A DNA stretch of 64,000 nucleotides from contig MU058824.1 in the NCBI GenBank assembly GCA_013265495.1, positions 5,550,976 to 5,614,975 of the forward strand. The letters run 5' to 3'. The notes beneath the pieces are model-generated. The model saw only the letters and a list, made by a program, of their open reading frames with translations. It had not been told where the DNA came from and did no database searches. This stretch comes from Vicugna vicugna. Its lineage: Eukaryota. A program made the translations under genes and the position numbers. Below, in pieces: positions 61,664 to 64,000 of the stretch; the stretch's first letter is position 1; each line of letters starts with the position of its first letter.

Positions 61664-64000
61664 CTCCTATGGATTTGCTATTTTACTGCTGCTTATCCTT
61701 CATAAGCCATATTCCTACATGGACAAGAACACCGTTCTAGGCAGCCCACGCGCCCCACTTCTCACGTGCACCTGGACAGGGCTGCTTTGGCGGCAGACAC
61801 ACTTGCCCTTGCTTCCTGGGTTCAGGCTCTCTGATTTCCATGGGACTCAGGCATCAGAAGACACTAGGGCCCACATTTCTCTAATTTGCATTTGAATAGG
61901 CAGATAGACCCCAGATTTATCTTTTTTATAATAATAAAGGGAACAAACATGAGAAGTTTATCGATAATAAATATGTCAGCCTCTTTCTCTGTCACCTTAG
62001 AATTCAGGCCTCAGGGGGAACATAAACATATCTGTGGATTATGTTTATAATCTCAAAGGGTCAGTTTTTCATCTTCAGAGAGTCACATAGAATGAGAAAA
62101 GTTGTCTCCGGGAGAATAAGATCTCCAGCATGTAGGAAATAAAACGATCTTTTCTTCTCTAGAAACCTGAAGAAAGGTTATATATCACAAAACGAGACGT
62201 GGGAAATATAATAACATCATTAGGAAAGAAAAGCAAAGAAATGACCCTTGCTGGATAACAGTTCTTATGTAAATGACTCTGAGACTGTAAGGTAGAAAAG
62301 CTGTATTAGAAATTTCTTGATAATTATCCTATGACCTGAGGGGTCCTGATACTCGTTTCTTACACATAATACAGCTTTAAAATGGCCATTATGGTGACTG
62401 TCTTTGCTGTTTGTTGTTCCTTCTAATTCCGAAATGTCTTGTGTTGCTGGAAAAATCACCCAATGGTACAAAATTTGAAAGCACGGGGGTGAGGGCAGAC
62501 TTTGAAGGAAAGTAGCTAACCCTACTCTACAAAATAATGTAACTATGTCATGAAACCAGTAACGCCACCGTGGCAGAGCACGAATAAGTAACCAGATGTG
62601 GAACCTCAGTCTGTGTGGAAGAATGGCTAAAATAAGTAGTATTCTGTTCAATTTTAGATTTTTCTATTTTGTGGCACAAAGCTCTCAATTTTGCCAAACC
62701 TTGAGTAAAGACACTCAAGGAGGGAGTCACTGAGTGAGGCAGTGACTGAGTGAGTGCAGGTGTGCATATTCTGAAAATTACCTAAGAGGAGCTAACTTCC
62801 ATATTAGGGTCAAGATGATGAGAAAAACGTTTGGGACACATGGGAGCTGAACTACACGAAGTCCAGGCATCAGGCTTCATGTACTTGTCAGAGCCTGGGG
62901 GGACCTAAGTCTGAAAGGCTCCGGGAAGGTACTGAAGTTTTATGGAGGGTAACGGACTGATCTTGACCTTTGGAATCGGGGTTTGAGCCAAACACCTAGA
63001 AGCTAGGAAGTAGAGTGACTCCCGCTGATGTGTGTTCCTGCAGCTGAAAAGGCAAGCAGGACAGCGGCTGCTCCAAATAGTAAATTGGTCATAGTGCGGG
63101 GTATGAAATTGTCTCGGAGTGGCTGGGCCTTCTTGTATTTATATAAATCATATAAACTATTCTATTTCTATTTGCTCATATTCAAGAAGAGAATATTGAA
63201 TGTACTTAGCGTATAAATTGGAATGTATTTCATTTACCAGTTATTCATATTTTTAAAGAGAAAAGTTGTTTAAAAATATGGTTTATCTTTTTGTTATTTG
63301 CTTATTATATACCTTAAAACACTCAACACAAGGCTAGTATAATATAAACGTATGCGCTGATTTTACTATTCAAAGGGGCAGTTGCTATGGATAGGAATTC
63401 ACAATTCAGGGGTGGTTAACATTAGACAACAAAGGCCACACTTCAAGGATAACTCTTAAAGGCATGTTTTTCCCCCTTATCATTCATCTACACCAGTAGT
63501 CTTGTTAACAGCATAATGAAGATCTGAAATGCATTCTTACTGGAGAAACTAGCAACTTCTAGTCAGCATCATATTAGATACTACAGATGGGCTCTCACTG
63601 GAGAAATGATTGGTACTTAAGATACGTGGACTGGCTAAAATATTCAGAAGTGCCTGAAAGGACAGAGGATTAAGACTTTAAATGTAGTACGTAGGTTGTA
63701 TGAACTGCTTAGTGTCAGCTTGCTAGTAAATGTTTGTTTACGAAGTCCTGGTCCACCTTGCTGAGGTATATTTTTTTAATACTTGTCTATGTATGTGGCA
63801 GCGTTTTGTTTGAGATTCGGTTTGAGCGTGAAAAGGAGGAATTGTCCTTCACCTACCTTCAGCATTTCAGCAACTACCATTTTTCAAAAGCAAATAACTA
63901 AGTTGTGTATGACCAACTTGCTAAAGTCAGTTCCCAGGAATTTGTTTAAACTTTCTTTACATGCCTATTTCATTTGTATCAGTGTACTTTCACCAGCCTA

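Noticed and set aside
62265..62651. 128-aa minus-strand ORF
   Set aside because: TTG start, no recognisable domain, and a length plausible by chance in 64 kb.
1..64000. A novel multi-gene system, CRISPR array or operon
   Set aside because: This is repeat-rich mammalian non-coding DNA with no repeat-spacer array and no long ORFs; the longest listed is 160 aa.

Overview
This is AT-rich, CpG-poor mammalian DNA from a gene desert or a very large intron. I find no supportable host protein-coding exon, RNA gene, CpG island or CRISPR array. The ORF track is noise apart from LINE-1 and ERVL pieces. Much of the window is interspersed repeat: three young LINE-1 copies, older L1MB/MC/ME, L2, MIR, MaLR/ERVL/ERV1 LTRs (including one two-LTR MaLR provirus) and hAT-type MITEs. 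The young L1 3' UTR type and the absence of Alu, B1/B2, Bov-A/BovB, PRE-1, CHR-2 and Can-SINE suggest a camelid (inference). Several repeat-free, motif-dense blocks look like developmental enhancers. I see no evidence of a novel multi-gene system. The best observations are a microhomology-flanked micro-inversion, nested insertions with target-site duplications (TSDs) and candidate enhancers. Repeat family names come from recalled consensus sequences, and boundaries are approximate unless a TSD is quoted.
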